A stretch of 55,953 nucleotides of DNA, the filler included, from Trypethelium eluteriae (taxonomy: Eukaryota), in the NCBI GenBank assembly GCA_051942245.1. It is 3 parts of 3 records of this genome, joined end to end, with 100 filler letters (N's around TTAATTAATTAA, not from the genome) between each part and the next. Parts side by side here need not be neighbours in the genome. Positions count along the whole stretch, not along the records: positions 1 to 18,641 come from JAVECL010000553.1; positions 18,742 to 37,305 come from JAVECL010000556.1; 1 more part is not named here. One strand, written 5' to 3'. The notes under the pieces are model-generated. The model saw only the letters and a list, made by a program, of their open reading frames with translations, had not been told where the DNA came from and made no database searches. The position numbers and the translations under genes were made by a program. Below are positions 11,231-23,581 of the stretch, in pieces (the first letter of the stretch is position 1; the number at the start of each line of letters is the position of its first letter).

Positions 11231-13304
11231 TCAGATCAACAGGTAGTCCCAGCCCTTCTGCCGCATCGCATCCCGCCAGTGAATGCTTTGCCTCTCTCCA
11301 CGCGAGAAAGCGATGTCGTTCGTTCTCCACACATCCTTCAGGAGCTCCTTGATCCGTCCGAGGGAGCCGAAGTCGGAGGCCTCACCCAGCCGCAGACACC
11401 TGTCGTGGAACATGTTGCGGAAGGACGACTCGGGCAGCGATACAGAGCCAGCGATCAACAACGGCCAGACGAGCGAACGATCGAATCCCTCCGGTCCCGC
11501 AGGGATGTACTCCATCGCCTGGACGAGCCCGTCCACGAGCGTCGTGATGCTGTGCGAGTATCGATCAAAGTCCGGCACCAGGATGCAGAGGTAGATCCGC
11601 GCGGCGCATCGGAAGACCGCCGTCATGTTCTTGCGCAGCTGCTTCGGACGGATCGCACCCGTGGAGGAGTAGGCGCTCGCCAGCGTCCCGACACCGGGAT
11701 CCATGGCGGTGATCTGGTCCCCGAGGTAGCGGATGTGGCTGCAGAGCTGCATGGGCTCCATGCCCTCCAGCGCCATCGCCTCGAGGCATGCGATCTCGGA
11801 GATGAGGTACATGACGCGGTCGTCGCAGCCCATGAGGTCGGCCAGGCCCATCGCAGACTGCGCCATATTCTTCTCCCGGTACGTGTCGGCGAACGAGGGG
11901 ACACGCCCAACCATAGTGGCACCAAGGATGTCGATCCAGGCCGTCAGCGTCATGTTGAAGGGTGGCTGTGCATCCGTATGCGCGTTGAGGTCCACGAGGT
12001 GGCGCGGCAGGTCTAATTTGTGGACGAGACTGGTCGCGGCTTGGAAGTGCTGGTGCCAGGGAATGTCGGGGAGACTGTCTTCCGGGCGGCCAACGGAGCA
12101 CTGGAAGAAGATCATGCCGAGCGTAGCTTCGAGAATCTGGTCGTGGTCGGTGTCGCGATTCAATGCTTCGCACAGCTCCGAGATTGTCGCATACCGGTGG
12201 CGCATGATGTCGTTGTCGATGTGCTCGCCCTGGATTCTCTCCGTCGCCTTCATGTGCAGAGCTGCGATGCTCAGGCAGCAATGGAGGTAGGTTTTGTTCT
12301 TCTCCAAGGCCGGGAGAACAACATCGTGGCCAGCTGAGCCATGCTGATTTACGTCGAGAATGGGGAAGATTAATCGCAGCACCTTGTCGACAAAGTGATC
12401 CAGGAGGTGGCGATCGGAATCGTCCACGTCGATGATCGCCTGGTGCGTCGGTGTGAATGGACCGTGGGGAAACTCAAACGAATGGAAATCCAGAGGCTCC
12501 TCGTTCAAAGACTCTCTGCGACTCTCATAATAGTCTTGTTGCACCCAGCTCTCGGTGGGATGCATGGCAAAGCCGCTGGAGTGAGGGGTCGGCGGTATTT
12601 GGTACGTGCTGAAAGTCGAAATCGACGAATCTCTCTGCGTGGGAATATCATTGATAAAGGTCTGGGTTTCCGTCTTGATGTCCACTTCATATGGCTGAAA
12701 CATGGGAAAGTGGGGATGAGCAGAGGCGAAATCTGGGGGTGGCATCATGCTTGAGCTGAAATAGTCGTGGGAGGGAATCTGGTTGAAATTGAATTCGTTG
12801 GAAAATTGGGAATCCACGGAAGCGGATCGCGTTCGGTCGACATGATCTGAAAAGGTGGTGGTGGTTGGTAGGGAATGGCATAGGCTTGGCGGTGTATTTG
12901 CGCTAGTCGGGAGTGGTTGATTTGTCTTCTCGTTGAGTTTAGTGCGTTTGATGATATTCTTAATGATTTCTTTTTGCTGTCGTCGTTGCTCGTTGTTGCT
13001 CCACCACATGGGTCTCTTGTACTCGCATTTCAATCCAAGATGCTTGCAGGCGCGACAGGATGGCTTGCCCTCATCGCACTTCTTTCTTCGCAATCGGCAT
13101 GTGAAGCAGCCTGTGGGCGTGGTTAGCGAACACGAAGGCGGGTCATCCCTGCAACCCCAGAAGATACGGACCTGTGCGGGAGCGACGGTGCATTTTGGAG
13201 GCGTCCTTCTCCTTTTGCTTTGGATCTGGGGATTTGTTTGTAGGTTTCGACATGTTTGCAGCAGTAACCGTCCGGGTAGAAGACGTAGAAGTCACCGAGG
13301 ACAT
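11231..13304 (-). CDS. pro1: Zn(II)2Cys6 developmental transcription factor, Pro1/NosA/RosA/ADV-1 family
   Basis: ATG at 13304; intron 13171-13111 (GTCCGT..GCTAAC..CAG). Splicing restores MHRRSRTGCFTCRLRRKKCDEGKPSCRACKHLGLKCEYKRPMWW. Fungal_trans_2-type C-terminal domain ends HWRDAMRQKGWDYLLI, typical of Pro1 orthologues. Confidence 0.93.
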
Positions 13305-16300
13305 TGAAAGGAAATGGCGGCGAGCCTTTTTCAAATAACTGGTAAACAAGGATTCAAGCAATAGTCTAGGCGACGGATAACGCGACTGGAAGGATTGACA
13401 GGGACCGTGAACAACTCCTAGTAAATTAAGAGAGTACAAGATCTGTCCAGCAAATCTTAGTACAATGGACAGAGAAAAGAGAGCAAATTATCGAGACAAC
13501 ATTGAGGGAACAGGATGGGAAGGGGACAAAGTACCTTATATGTCTAGAAGCGATGGAAATGCTCCCAAAATGAGCTGTTCTATTTCTGGCTGCCCCACCT
13601 CTGGCCCGCCAGATGGCCGTCTTCTGCACCAGCAGACAGCGCAGATAGGCGCCTGCGATTGGTGTGACAGCTCAGGTGGCCTCGCAGCCCACCCCGCCTT
13701 CTCCCAGAGATGGCTATTTTTGCAAGCGCCGAAGATGCCGCATGCAGGCCAAAAGACAGCTAATTATTCTCTCGACCATACCGTTCTTGTGCTCCCAGCT
13801 GGAGCTAGGACTTGAAATGAGAATGGCGTCGATCAGTGCTTCCTTGCCGTTACTTATCGATTCGGCCGGGCCCCGGATCTGCTTGCATCGAGGCTGAACC
13901 TTACTTAGGCTCGATACGGCCGTGACGACTGTTGTCATGCTCAATCCGTTTCCCCTGGTGTATGTTCGCATTGCTGTACTGGGGTAACTTGGGGGATCGC
14001 AATTAAAAGGCTTGTTCAAATTGTCATGTCGGGGAGGTAAAGCGAAATGACCGCTATGCTAAGAGGTGCTGTATCTTTTGGTCAGGTAGTAAATCAGCAA
14101 AAGGGACGATATGATAGCAGTGCGGAGTATCCTATACGCACAAGATGACGCACAGTTGGTCGAGCGCTACAAAGTACGGCGTACAGTTAACCGTTCTCCT
14201 CGGTAGAGCCGTTGACCTCATCGTTCTTCATGGATGCAATCCTCCCGCTGCAGATCCATAAACATTCGCAACATTCTTCGAGTGTTAACTTTCAGCTCCT
14301 GGGTATGTCAGCGGCGGCGGAAAGGGGTGACTCGATACTCCCGAACCGAGCGGCTTTGGGTGGTTGGGGATGCAGTGATGGACCAGCATACTGCAGGCTA
14401 GGCATCTCAATCCTTTCGCTAGAGCGCGGGGCGTGCCGTTCCAACAAATGACTTTGCCTGACGGTCGATCCCACCGCTGGACTCTGCGGGGATGCAAGGT
14501 CCGCTTGATTGTCTGCGTCGGACCGTGAGTTCCTGTGCCGCCCCCTGTGCGTGGGGTATATTAATGACCACTACAAAAAGTCAGTCTAGGCCATATGTAG
14601 AAAGGCTGGGAGCAAAAGGCCACAAATATGCCAATTTGAGATCATAGTCCCATAATTAGCTACAGCAAGGTATGAGCAGGGAAGAGCTGAAGACGCTGAG
14701 ACCATCTGATACATCCATGAGTCTCGTAACGCGATTGGATACCGACAGAAGGAAATCAATACTTTCGCTATACCCTTCCATCGCACGAAATCCTGATTCT
14801 GGTCAAAGTCACCAGACCATCGCGTCGTGAGGCATCCTATCCGGACCGATTCTTTCCTGCCGTGTATCCGGTACCAAGCTTATTGTGAGAGTCCAACTGG
14901 TCGGTGAAGTTCAATTGACTCGCGAGTGTCGTCACACGACTTCGGCTTCCATCGGAAGGAAGGAAATTAAAGCCACGAGCCTCTTCACCGAAACTTGAGC
15001 TGACTCCAAGCTCGGGAGTAGAATACTCGGTGTCCAAATACTCGAGATGAAATCCAATATGGGTAGTTGCATGGTCAAGGTGCACGGCATCCATCTACCC
15101 ACGTTGAGGTTGCGGTGGTTGTACCTTAGCTGTTCCCGAGGCCACGATGTGGGTTACATACCATGCGATATTGTGAAGCAATAGCGGGCGATTCGTCGTT
15201 CGGGGAAGACTGCGCATAATTACCTCGGAAACCCTTCGTGCCTTTGCGGGAGGCCGAAATGGGAAGGTATGGTGTTTCGAGTCATCTCGGCCCTCTAAAG
15301 GCTTTAGCCAAGAACCTATCGCATTCTCAACAGTCGTCCTCGCGGCCTGATTGGAGTCCTTTGCTCCTTCCGACAGGAACTCGGTGATTCTATGTTACGA
15401 CGGCCGCATCAACTAACAGTCATGTGACGGAAGATGGTGTAGCTTGAGCCGAATGATTGGAGTGGTGTTGAAGACATTTCCCGAACCCCTTGGTTGAGGT
15501 GCCCAATGACTTCAATTGGAGGCGCGTTTGCGTGACCTATCTGGCCCACCACGGCCGAAGTCCGCGGGAGTGGTGGTTGCAGCATCGCGTGCACTGTAAC
15601 GCTACGCGACCCAATTTGCGGCCTGGAGAGGAACTCCATCAATAAGGCAAATAGCGTGAAGAACCTGCATATGCATGCAGAGGGACGAAGGGTAATCTCC
15701 CGATCCTAGACACGATCATGCTAAGGTTATATGATAAAACCGTATAGTACTCCATAGCATGCGTCGTGTTCCGCCAATTTGGACAGGTACAGGAAAGCAT
15801 ATATCTTGACCACTTCATTAAGGTGCCCTCTCCTAATTGAGTGCCACCAGTTTCAGGGACGATACCTTGCTGTCAGCAATTCCAGCACTAGAGATCGGAT
15901 CCGGAGTCATCATGGTACTCTGGCGCGGTAGTACGGGAATTCTAGATTGCCACGGTGATGCCACGCAACTGTGAGAGGTCAATCTCTGGTTCTTCCCGGT
16001 CCGTTGCCGTTGCGGTCGCGGACCGTCTGAGAGGCCCTTGAAGGCTTGGCGATAGTGCTGATGAGTGTTGCGGCGTTGCAATTCCATCCTCTGGAGTCTG
16101 ATAGCGGCCCAAGATGGCAAATCTAGCTTCGGTACTACTGCTGCCGGGGACAACGGTCCAGCCTAGCAGCTATGAAGCATGAGCGAATGAGCGGTAAGAG
16201 CGGGGATGGAGGGGCTTGAAGGGGTTGACGAGGTGATTTACGCGCCCAGCTATCCACGTCCATCCTAGTCCACGTCTAGTCCGCAGAAACCGGCGAGCAC

Positions 16301-16781
16301 GCTAGGACCGAGGATTGGTAGAACAGGCATGGTCGTCACGGCCAATGCTGCATGCTCCAACATGGCTCTTGATTGCTCGGCCTATCCGCAGCCTTGCTGG
16401 GCCGCCTGCAGGACGGTCGCTGCATGGTCACAGTTGCTCGTCCGAGGAACAAGCAGTAGCCGATTCGAAGGATGAAGCAGTCAGAACGCCCCCGAATGCC
16501 TTTTTCTACAAAACCTTCGCGGGGTGCCCGTGACGCCTGTTCTAAGTTCTGACTGTTTTGCTGTTGCGTTCCCTTTGTCCTGTGATTGTTGCTGTATTTG
16601 CGTTGCTGTCGAAACCGTCTCCGCGCGGATAAAGTGCGCTTACGGCAGCAAACAGTCGATATTCCCTATATCTCGTTTATAGCATGGTTGGTACCTCAAT
16701 TAAGGTAGCATATGCAGTTGGTCTGACTTCCACGTTTAGCAAGCCTTAACCCCCATTACGCCTCTCGAGGCGGGGGTCGAA

Positions 16782-18641
16782 ATGTTCCAAAAGGGCAAAA
16801 TGCAGCCTTTCCTGGTCCCTAGAAAAGGGAGTTCAGAAGGCACACAAATGTATGAGAGTGAAACCGATTTTGAAGACGACGAGAGCGAGTTTGAGGAAGA
16901 TTCTTTACAGAGCAGTCTTGAATCGGACAGTAAGAGGAGGAGTCAGACCACTATCTCAACATACGATGAGGTAGCGACGCCACATTCGGCAAGAAGAAGT
17001 GCATTCGAGCTCCACGTGCACGAGATGAAGCCAGTCGAAGGACCGAGAGGGCCACATCTGTTTCGCTCGTCACAGAATTCGAGCGAATTCGCCTACGATT
17101 TTGCTTTACAATTGTCTCCATTGATTACAAAACAACCCCCTCCAAGAATAGATACAGCCTTTTCGCAGTCGACAGTCGCTCCCGCGCAGCAAACTTACAA
17201 TCCTCCCTCGGCAGCTCCAGAGCTGGACTTCAGCGGTGATGTTCACGATTGGAGCTCTCACCAGGTTGCAGCATGGATGGCTGACCGAGGATTTGAATCT
17301 TCAATCATTGAGAGATTTGAGCTAAACGATATTTCCGGATCTGTACTTCTCGACCTGCAATTTGAAGATCTCAAGGAGCTGGACATTCAATCTTTTGGCA
17401 AGCGACATCAGCTTTGGAATGAGATCGAGGTCTTACGTGGGAACGACGGCAGCTACAGTCCAGCTCCCACACCATTCCAGGATGTTAGTCGGCCATGTAC
17501 GACCATTCCCAGGAAACCCTCAAAGAGGCACCACCGAGTCCGTCACGAGGATGAAGATTATGACGACCACTCCCCAGTGACTCCGGGCGACTCTCACAGA
17601 CGTCGCGGTCGTAAGCATCGTGCCGGCCTTGACGACGCAATTACACCTGCAGAATCCGTATCCATTGTCGCAATCGAACAATTAATTCCCAAGCCCCACA
17701 AGTGTGCTAAGGGCGATCGTTGTGCTAAGTACAGAAAGCAACAGAGGCTCCTTCGCCAGCTTCGTCAAGAGCATGGCTATCCCATTAGCCCCGAAAAAGG
17801 CGGTCAAATATTCATGGCTGGAGATCCAGGAAATGCCGCCACTGCTCAGAACATTGTTGACAATGTTTACCGACCTACCTCCGAGGCTGTTCCATCGGTG
17901 GTAGCGTCCTCCGATCTTCTTGGGCCTGGGCAATCGCCCGCATTGGCGTTGCAAGAAGACAATTTGCAGAGTCTAGAGCATCGAGATCCCCAAGAAAACG
18001 TCAAGCAGTTCCTTAACTTCCAGCATGTTCAGCCACCAGTCAATGACCCACCAACTCCATTGGAAATGTTTCCCCCTTTGCGGTCCCCAATCGAGGCTGA
18101 ACCCTCCCGTCAGGACAGCTTCAGGTCGCTGCCAAAGTTAGAGATTCCGCAACATCGTCCTCAGACTGCGCAGCCATATGTCACTGCTAGTCCCATGCAC
18201 GCTGTCGACACTTTCTCGCCATGTAATACCGTCATGTCTCCTCCGAGCGCCATGTCACCGGGTGGTTTCTACCGAACCGGCACACCAGCATCAGAGATGG
18301 ATGTTCCTATCACAGCTCTGCCGAAGGATCCCACCACGCGAGACACTTCTCAGTCCGTACCACCGAACATGCAATTCCGGGATCCAATCACACGAACGGG
18401 ATCCCGGGCTGACTGGCGGAGGCCTTCATTCGCCCTGCCTCGTCTAGAGGAAGGCACCGTCTTTTCTCCCACCGCAGATCCTATCCTCCGGAGCCAGAGT
18501 ACAGTCAGCACCTTCTCTCCCATTGTCGACATGCCACCACGCAGCCAGAGTACTGTCAACGCCCTACCCCCTCCCCAACACCAACTCCCTCCCCGCAGCC
18601 AAAGCACGGTGAACGTTTTCTCACCGACTCAAGCCCCATCA
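16782..18641 (+). CDS. SAM-domain (Boi-like SAM/PH family) signalling protein, truncated by the contig end
   Basis: SAM domain WSSHQVAAWMADRGFESSIIERFELNDISGSVLLDLQFEDLKELDIQSFGKRHQLW, plus the family motif SVSIVAIEQLIPKPHKCAKGDRC. The ORF is open into the N spacer; the PH domain would lie beyond it. Confidence 0.85.
18456..18627 (+). repeat. Coding tandem repeat (RSQSTV-x-FSP units, about 3 copies, 51-54 nt period)
   Basis: ILRSQSTVSTFSP / PPRSQSTVNALPP / PPRSQSTVNVFSPT. DNA units cggagccagagtacagtc, cgcagccagagtactgtc and cgcagccaaagcacggtg. Confidence 0.75.
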
Positions 18642-18741
18642 NNNNNNNNNNNNNNNNNNNNNNNNNNNNNNNNNNNNNNNNNNNNTTAATTAATTAANNN
18701 NNNNNNNNNNNNNNNNNNNNNNNNNNNNNNNNNNNNNNNNN
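18642..18741. other. Artificial contig-joining spacer (44 N + TTAATTAATTAA + 44 N)
   Basis: The linker at 18686-18697 places stop codons in all six frames. Genes on both sides are truncated. Confidence 0.97.
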
Positions 18742-19199
18742 GAGGTGGAAGGGAGTGGAGCCCGAGCCGCGCCCTGGTGAGTACCCAGGTTTCTGACTCG
18801 ATGAAATCAAGGGAGGGTCTAGAGGCTCGAGGCTGACGCTTCGAAGGTCTCTCGTCTGGGCATATTCCCGGCTCAGTTAGTGTCCCGGTTCCCGAACTCC
18901 TGGATCCAAATACGAAGACGTTCCTTCCTCCTAGTGAGCTCGGGGCGCTCTTCAAGAAGAAGGGTATCGATCCTTCGAAGCCAATTATCAGTAGTTGTGG
19001 CACGGGAGTGACTGCAACTGTTATTGATGCGGCTCTCGAGAAGGCGGGTTACAGCCCTGAAGAGCGGCGAAAAGTGTACGATGGGAGCTGGACGTAAGTA
19101 CTCAGACAAGAATGTGTGACAGCATGCTGATAAGCATCAAGCGAATGGGCACAGAGAGTGCAACCAGAAGAAAGTCTTATCCAGAAATCTCAGAGGTGA
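18742..19199 (+). CDS. TUM1: Thiosulfate/3-mercaptopyruvate sulfurtransferase (rhodanese), 3' part
   Basis: Spliced RWKGVEPEPRPG|LSSGHIPGSVSVPVPELLDP...IISSCGTGVTA...KVYDGSWT|EWAQRV. Contains the active-site CGTGVTA and C-terminal YDGSWTEW motifs, with two introns. Confidence 0.9.
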
Positions 19200-19812
19200 G
19201 ATTAGCATCAAGTTTCAACAGCATCGCATCTATACACCCAGGCAAGTATCCAAGCTCAGGGGAAATACCTTTGTAGCGGCTTGTGGCTACCACCCAATTG
19301 CCTCAATCCCATGTTGAGGAAGTTCTACTTCGACATCAGCCTTAGCCTATTTGACGGTCGTTGGGGTGTGATGAAGGTAGTGTGAGACTCGGAGGGCGCA
19401 TAGCCACTTGAAAGTAGAAAAAGGATTTCCCGGCTCTCCTTTCCCAACTGATTTCTCTTTGAGAACAGTTAAGCTAGGTTATTTCAATTCGTCCCATTTG
19501 ATAGCCCTCTTGGCTCCTTGGCCCATTCAGCTGCAATGCTGTCAATTCTCTAATGAAATGGACTCCATCGTGCCCAGGAAAAGTTTTCTCGGTGAAACAA
19601 CGAAGCGAGATATTTTTGTCCACCTTATTCATCGATTTCAACTGGTTGAAGGAGTGTTCTTTCTAAAACTTATCAACAGGAACGTAAAGACAAGAACAAT
19701 ACTACTTGAAGTGCAGATGCTGAAACGAGTGACATATTAACCATGAAGTCCTCCAGTGCCCATTCACCACGCCGTGCTCAGTCATCCGACGCAGAGCTGT
19801 CGTTTCGAAAAC

Positions 19813-20376
19813 TTAAGACTGGCATGCAAATGGCCTCACCGCAGTCTGTGTCTGGAAAGGCCCCTCAGTACTCACAGCGTTCAAGAAATCCGCCACCGCC
19901 GCAAAGTACATATCGATCGCCGGCAGCACCTGCGAACATCTCACATTGTTGATGTTGTCCACATCTGCCTGCCTCACACTATCTCCGTTTATCGAGATAT
20001 CCTGCAGTCCCTGCACCACCATCTGGAACGTGCCTTGTGTGACTAAGGTGTCGTTGGCTTGTGCAATCCGCGGATCTTCGAACGCAAGGTCGCTGCTGTC
20101 GATCACGGCCTTCCAATTGAGCTCGTCGTTCTCAGAGGAGAAGGCAGACGCGGCGTCGTTAAGGAGGTCTTGGCCCGTTGGAGGTCCGTTAGGATCGACG
20201 GCGACGTTGAGGAAGTTGGAGACGAGGCCGGTGTCACTCTGCCATTTGAAGACAGCGTTGTTGAGGTCGCCGGCGGTGGGTTGAGGGTCGGCAATTTGGC
20301 GGGATTTAAGGAGGGGCTTGGCGGTTGAAAGGAGGGGGAGGAGCATGAGGGTGGTGGAGACAATGATGGACTTCAT
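19813..20376 (-). CDS. Small secreted protein (187 aa, 2 Cys)
   Basis: Signal peptide MKSIIVSTTLMLLPLLSTA followed by KSR|Q; intronless with coding-like codon bias; TATAAA about 155 nt upstream. Confidence 0.85.
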   Translation of the reverse strand: MKSIIVSTTLMLLPLLSTAKPLLKSRQIADPQPTAGDLNNAVFKWQSDTGLVSNFLNVAVDPNGPPTGQDLLNDAASAFSSENDELNWKAVIDSSDLAFEDPRIAQANDTLVTQGTFQMVVQGLQDISINGDSVRQADVDNINNVRCSQVLPAIDMYFAAVADFLNAVSTEGPFQTQTAVRPFACQS

Positions 20377-20530
20377 TCTTAGTCTTTGGGTTGATTTTTA
20401 GTGAGAGAAATATGGAGAAGAAGACACAAAGGAAATTAAGGAACTGGGATAAGAAAGCTTAGGAAACTGTCGTTATTGGGATTGCTGTGATGGTGGTGGA
20501 TGATTGATTTCGAAGGGACAATCTCTTGGC

Positions 20531-20536
20531 TTTATA
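20531..20536 (-). promoter_or_regulatory. Putative TATA box of the secreted-protein gene
   Basis: TATAAA on the minus strand about 155 nt upstream of ATG 20376, followed by a pyrimidine-rich leader. Confidence 0.4.
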
Positions 20537-20779
20537 ATTTTTTATCAACTCTAATTATCATGCTCACGGGCGAGCCTCAATTCTATTTACAACCAGCCAC
20601 GAGCAGTATTACAGCTGTTGTGGATAAGCCATAGGTGTTTAAGCCTCCGTCAATAGACAAGGAATCTTCCCCAGCCACGAAGTCTTGCGTCAGACGTTAT
20701 CAAAGTCTGGTCCTACCTCGAGATAGACTAGGCTAACGGGAGACGAGAGGATTCGAGGCCTGTCTCTTGCGCCGAAGGA

Positions 20780-21230
20780 CGCTGAAAACAATACTGTGGG
20801 GAGACCTCTTAATTGGAATCTGTCCAATGGGATCACGGACAATTCCAAGACTCGAGGGTGCGATGGAGATGCAACAGATCCGTCTAGACCTTGCGTGCTT
20901 GTCTAACAGAATAGGCTTCTCTTTAAGCATACCTAGAATTAAGACAAGCGCGTCTACTTTTCAGCTACTTCATCGATATGTGTTAGCGGATTGGTCAGCC
21001 ACCTACGACTTCGTGCTTATGGAGCTAGTTGGCATCCGAAACACGCCAATCAGCACACCGTCGGATGTTTCGTCTAACCAAGCGTGGAAGCCAATAATAA
21101 TGTGATTGTGGGAAGCTGACTGCAAGACATTTGCTTCGCCACGTCCAGGATCATGGCGAAATTCTTCCCATCCACGGGAGTACGCTCACGAACGGATCAG
21201 AATGATCCCGAATGAAACACGACCAGGGCG
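20780..21230 (-). pseudogene. Possible decayed protein-kinase fragment
   Basis: Minus strand reads HSGSF*SVRERTPVDGKNFAMI (Gly-loop/VAIK-like). After a frameshift it reads GEANVLQSASHNHII (alphaC Glu / HxHII-like), and later DLLHLH. Multiple stops; no HRD or DFG motif recognised. Confidence 0.3.
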
Positions 21231-22629
21231 TGTACAAGCTACACGAGGACTTCCGACTCAGTATCTGAAAGAGCTTCACGAATAGAAAATTGAGTGACAG
21301 CATGCCGCTGATGGGTACTGGAGATCGCAGATACTTTTGCTTCAAGAGGTTTGAAGCGCTCTTTAGCACGAACTAAAACAAGGCCTTGCAACGACCAAGG
21401 GACAAATTGGGGATAAAGGAGTAAATAGAAGATCAAAAGTGGAGTTAAGTATGGAACATTGCGATAGCTCTATTCCTGCTCTACACAAGCTGGAAGGGCT
21501 CAGCTGGTAGCTCGGCAATCTCTGATATCCTCAAGTCTATATTTGGATCATTGGAAGAGCAGCCTCAATGAAGATAGGTAGTCAAGACTCAAGATCCTGG
21601 CCGTCGTTCTATATTTCCAATGAATCGTTTTAATTTCTTGGTGATCGATTTATGCTATACATTATATTCTCGAGTTCGCTAGTACGGCCGGGTCACCACG
21701 TCCGCCCATTAAGACGTCGGTTCAGATCTTAGTATTATTGGCAACATACTGCTTCCAATCTGGCCACCAATCCTCTGAACATAAGAGCGATCGACTTTTT
21801 CAAGGTCAGCGGCAATAGCCCAGCCAAGTATCCTATACTACATGACTGCAGCGTGAACACCTTCACGGGATTTCATCCTTCAGAGCGCGAATTCTAGCTC
21901 ACGCGAGGACTATCTTCTCGCACCTGATACATAGGTCCTAGTCATATAAATAGACTCTGTGTCCCGTATCTTACGCGCTACGTCTGAACGAACAGCATCT
22001 TCTGGATATATCCGCAGTCTGATTCCGTCATAGGTGGAATCAGGCCATCCGAAACTGACTGACACAATGCTAGGTCCTTGCGAAGAATTGGTCCAGGGAA
22101 ACAGCTTTGTCACTCAGTTCCCTTGCCAGAGGGATACAAGGACTCAATCAGCCGTGGGCGATTCCTAGAATAGAGAGACTTTTCAAGATCTTGTTGGGAC
22201 CTAACCAGATGGCATGAAGCTTGGACAGGGTCGCTGAAGAGGTCTTCTATTGGTTTTTGCTCGACATTTCCCCAGCTCTTGTCAATGACACTCAATTCGG
22301 CACCAGTCGGGGGCATCCGGGAGACATAGAGGTCAAAATGTCGACCGATTTCAGTGGCACTGACGATTACGATATTTCCCCTGGGGCGCATGCTGCGTTT
22401 TGTTCCGTACTCGTAGAGACTCAATGTCTGAAATTCGGAAGACTCGATCTGGGCTGGGGCCGTCTACTGATCAATCTGACATAGTTGATGTGAGCAAACG
22501 ATTGCAAAGAGCCCGCTCAATCATTCTCCCTTTTCTGATAATATGACGTTGGGAGCTCCACAGGCTTCCATTCACTATACTCACAAGTCAGCACTCCCGG
22601 ATCCAGGGGCGCACAAAGTAGTATTATAC

Positions 22630-23581
22630 TCACTTGTTCGGCAACTCCACTTTCTCTTGTTCGGAACTAACTTCATGGACCGGTCTCCAAGAACTTCTGC
22701 CAAATTCTGAAGATCTGATTGGGGCACTGATTTGAAGCGGCTGTTTCTTAATTCTTCTGGTCCGGCGCCTAAAGAAAAGATAGAGGCCGACAGCTAGTAG
22801 TATGACGACTACGGCCCCAACACCAACACCTATTCCAACTGCGGCGCCGGTAGAAAGGTGTGAGCTCGATGCCGTGCCTACTGCTGAGGAGGCATTCGAG
22901 GCTTCTGTATTTGGAGCAGCTGTCACACCTGACCCGGAAGCGGAGGGTGTTACGGTCGAGGCCATTGCTGCGCCTGTGTTAGATGCTGAGGCAGTAGTAC
23001 GCATTGTGGGCGTCTATGATCGCACCGGCGAAGTTAGAAATAACCCGGCTTGTCTGTCAAGTGAAAAGACTTACCGAGCTCAACGTTGTGGACCACTCGA
23101 CATCATTAATCGGTGCTATTGTCTGAATCTCCCAATGCTGCCCAGGATCGTTGGGTTGCGCTGCCGTTTGGCTCGACATAAAAACTGGATTCCCTGGGTG
23201 AACATCTAGATGATACGCGCTCCCATTGGCTACGTTGACGATGAACAGTGTATTTGACCCGTCACTCCAATTGCCAAATGTCCATTTTTGACTATCATCA
23301 TCCGGATTGAGTGGAACAGTACGCGGCTGGGTATGACTCGGATCGACCTCATCAGAATCGTAGACTGTAGCGAGAGCTATACTTGGGCCAGAGGTCCTAC
23401 TTCGGAAGGCGTAGGTACTCGACTCATCCGAATAGGCCAGAATTTGCCAATATTGTGCCTCATTCGTTATGTTCCAAGCTTGAAATCCTGTTTTGTTTTG
23501 GCTCCAGCTCGCAAGGCCTGATCCGAAGCCTACCCGAGCCTCCGTGATTTGATACCAGATGTTCGAATCGAATTGTACCAT
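22630..23581 (-). CDS. Ricin B/beta-trefoil lectin-like domain + Ser/Thr stalk + single TM + short cytosolic tail
   Basis: ATG at 23581; QxW repeats (AQYWQ, SQKWT, GQHWE); intron 23074-23014. It continues TTASAS.. stalk, AAVGIGVGVGAVVVILLAVGLYLFF TM and an RRR stop-transfer. Confidence 0.8.

Noticed and set aside
11279..12754. Several long overlapping ORFs (up to 245 aa) on both strands
   Set aside because: Shadow frames of the high-GC3 pro1 coding sequence, with no independent motifs.
18686..18697. TTAATTAATTAA as a biological palindrome or piggyBac TTAA site
   Set aside because: It is centred in N runs and repeated identically at 37350; it is a synthetic six-frame stop linker.
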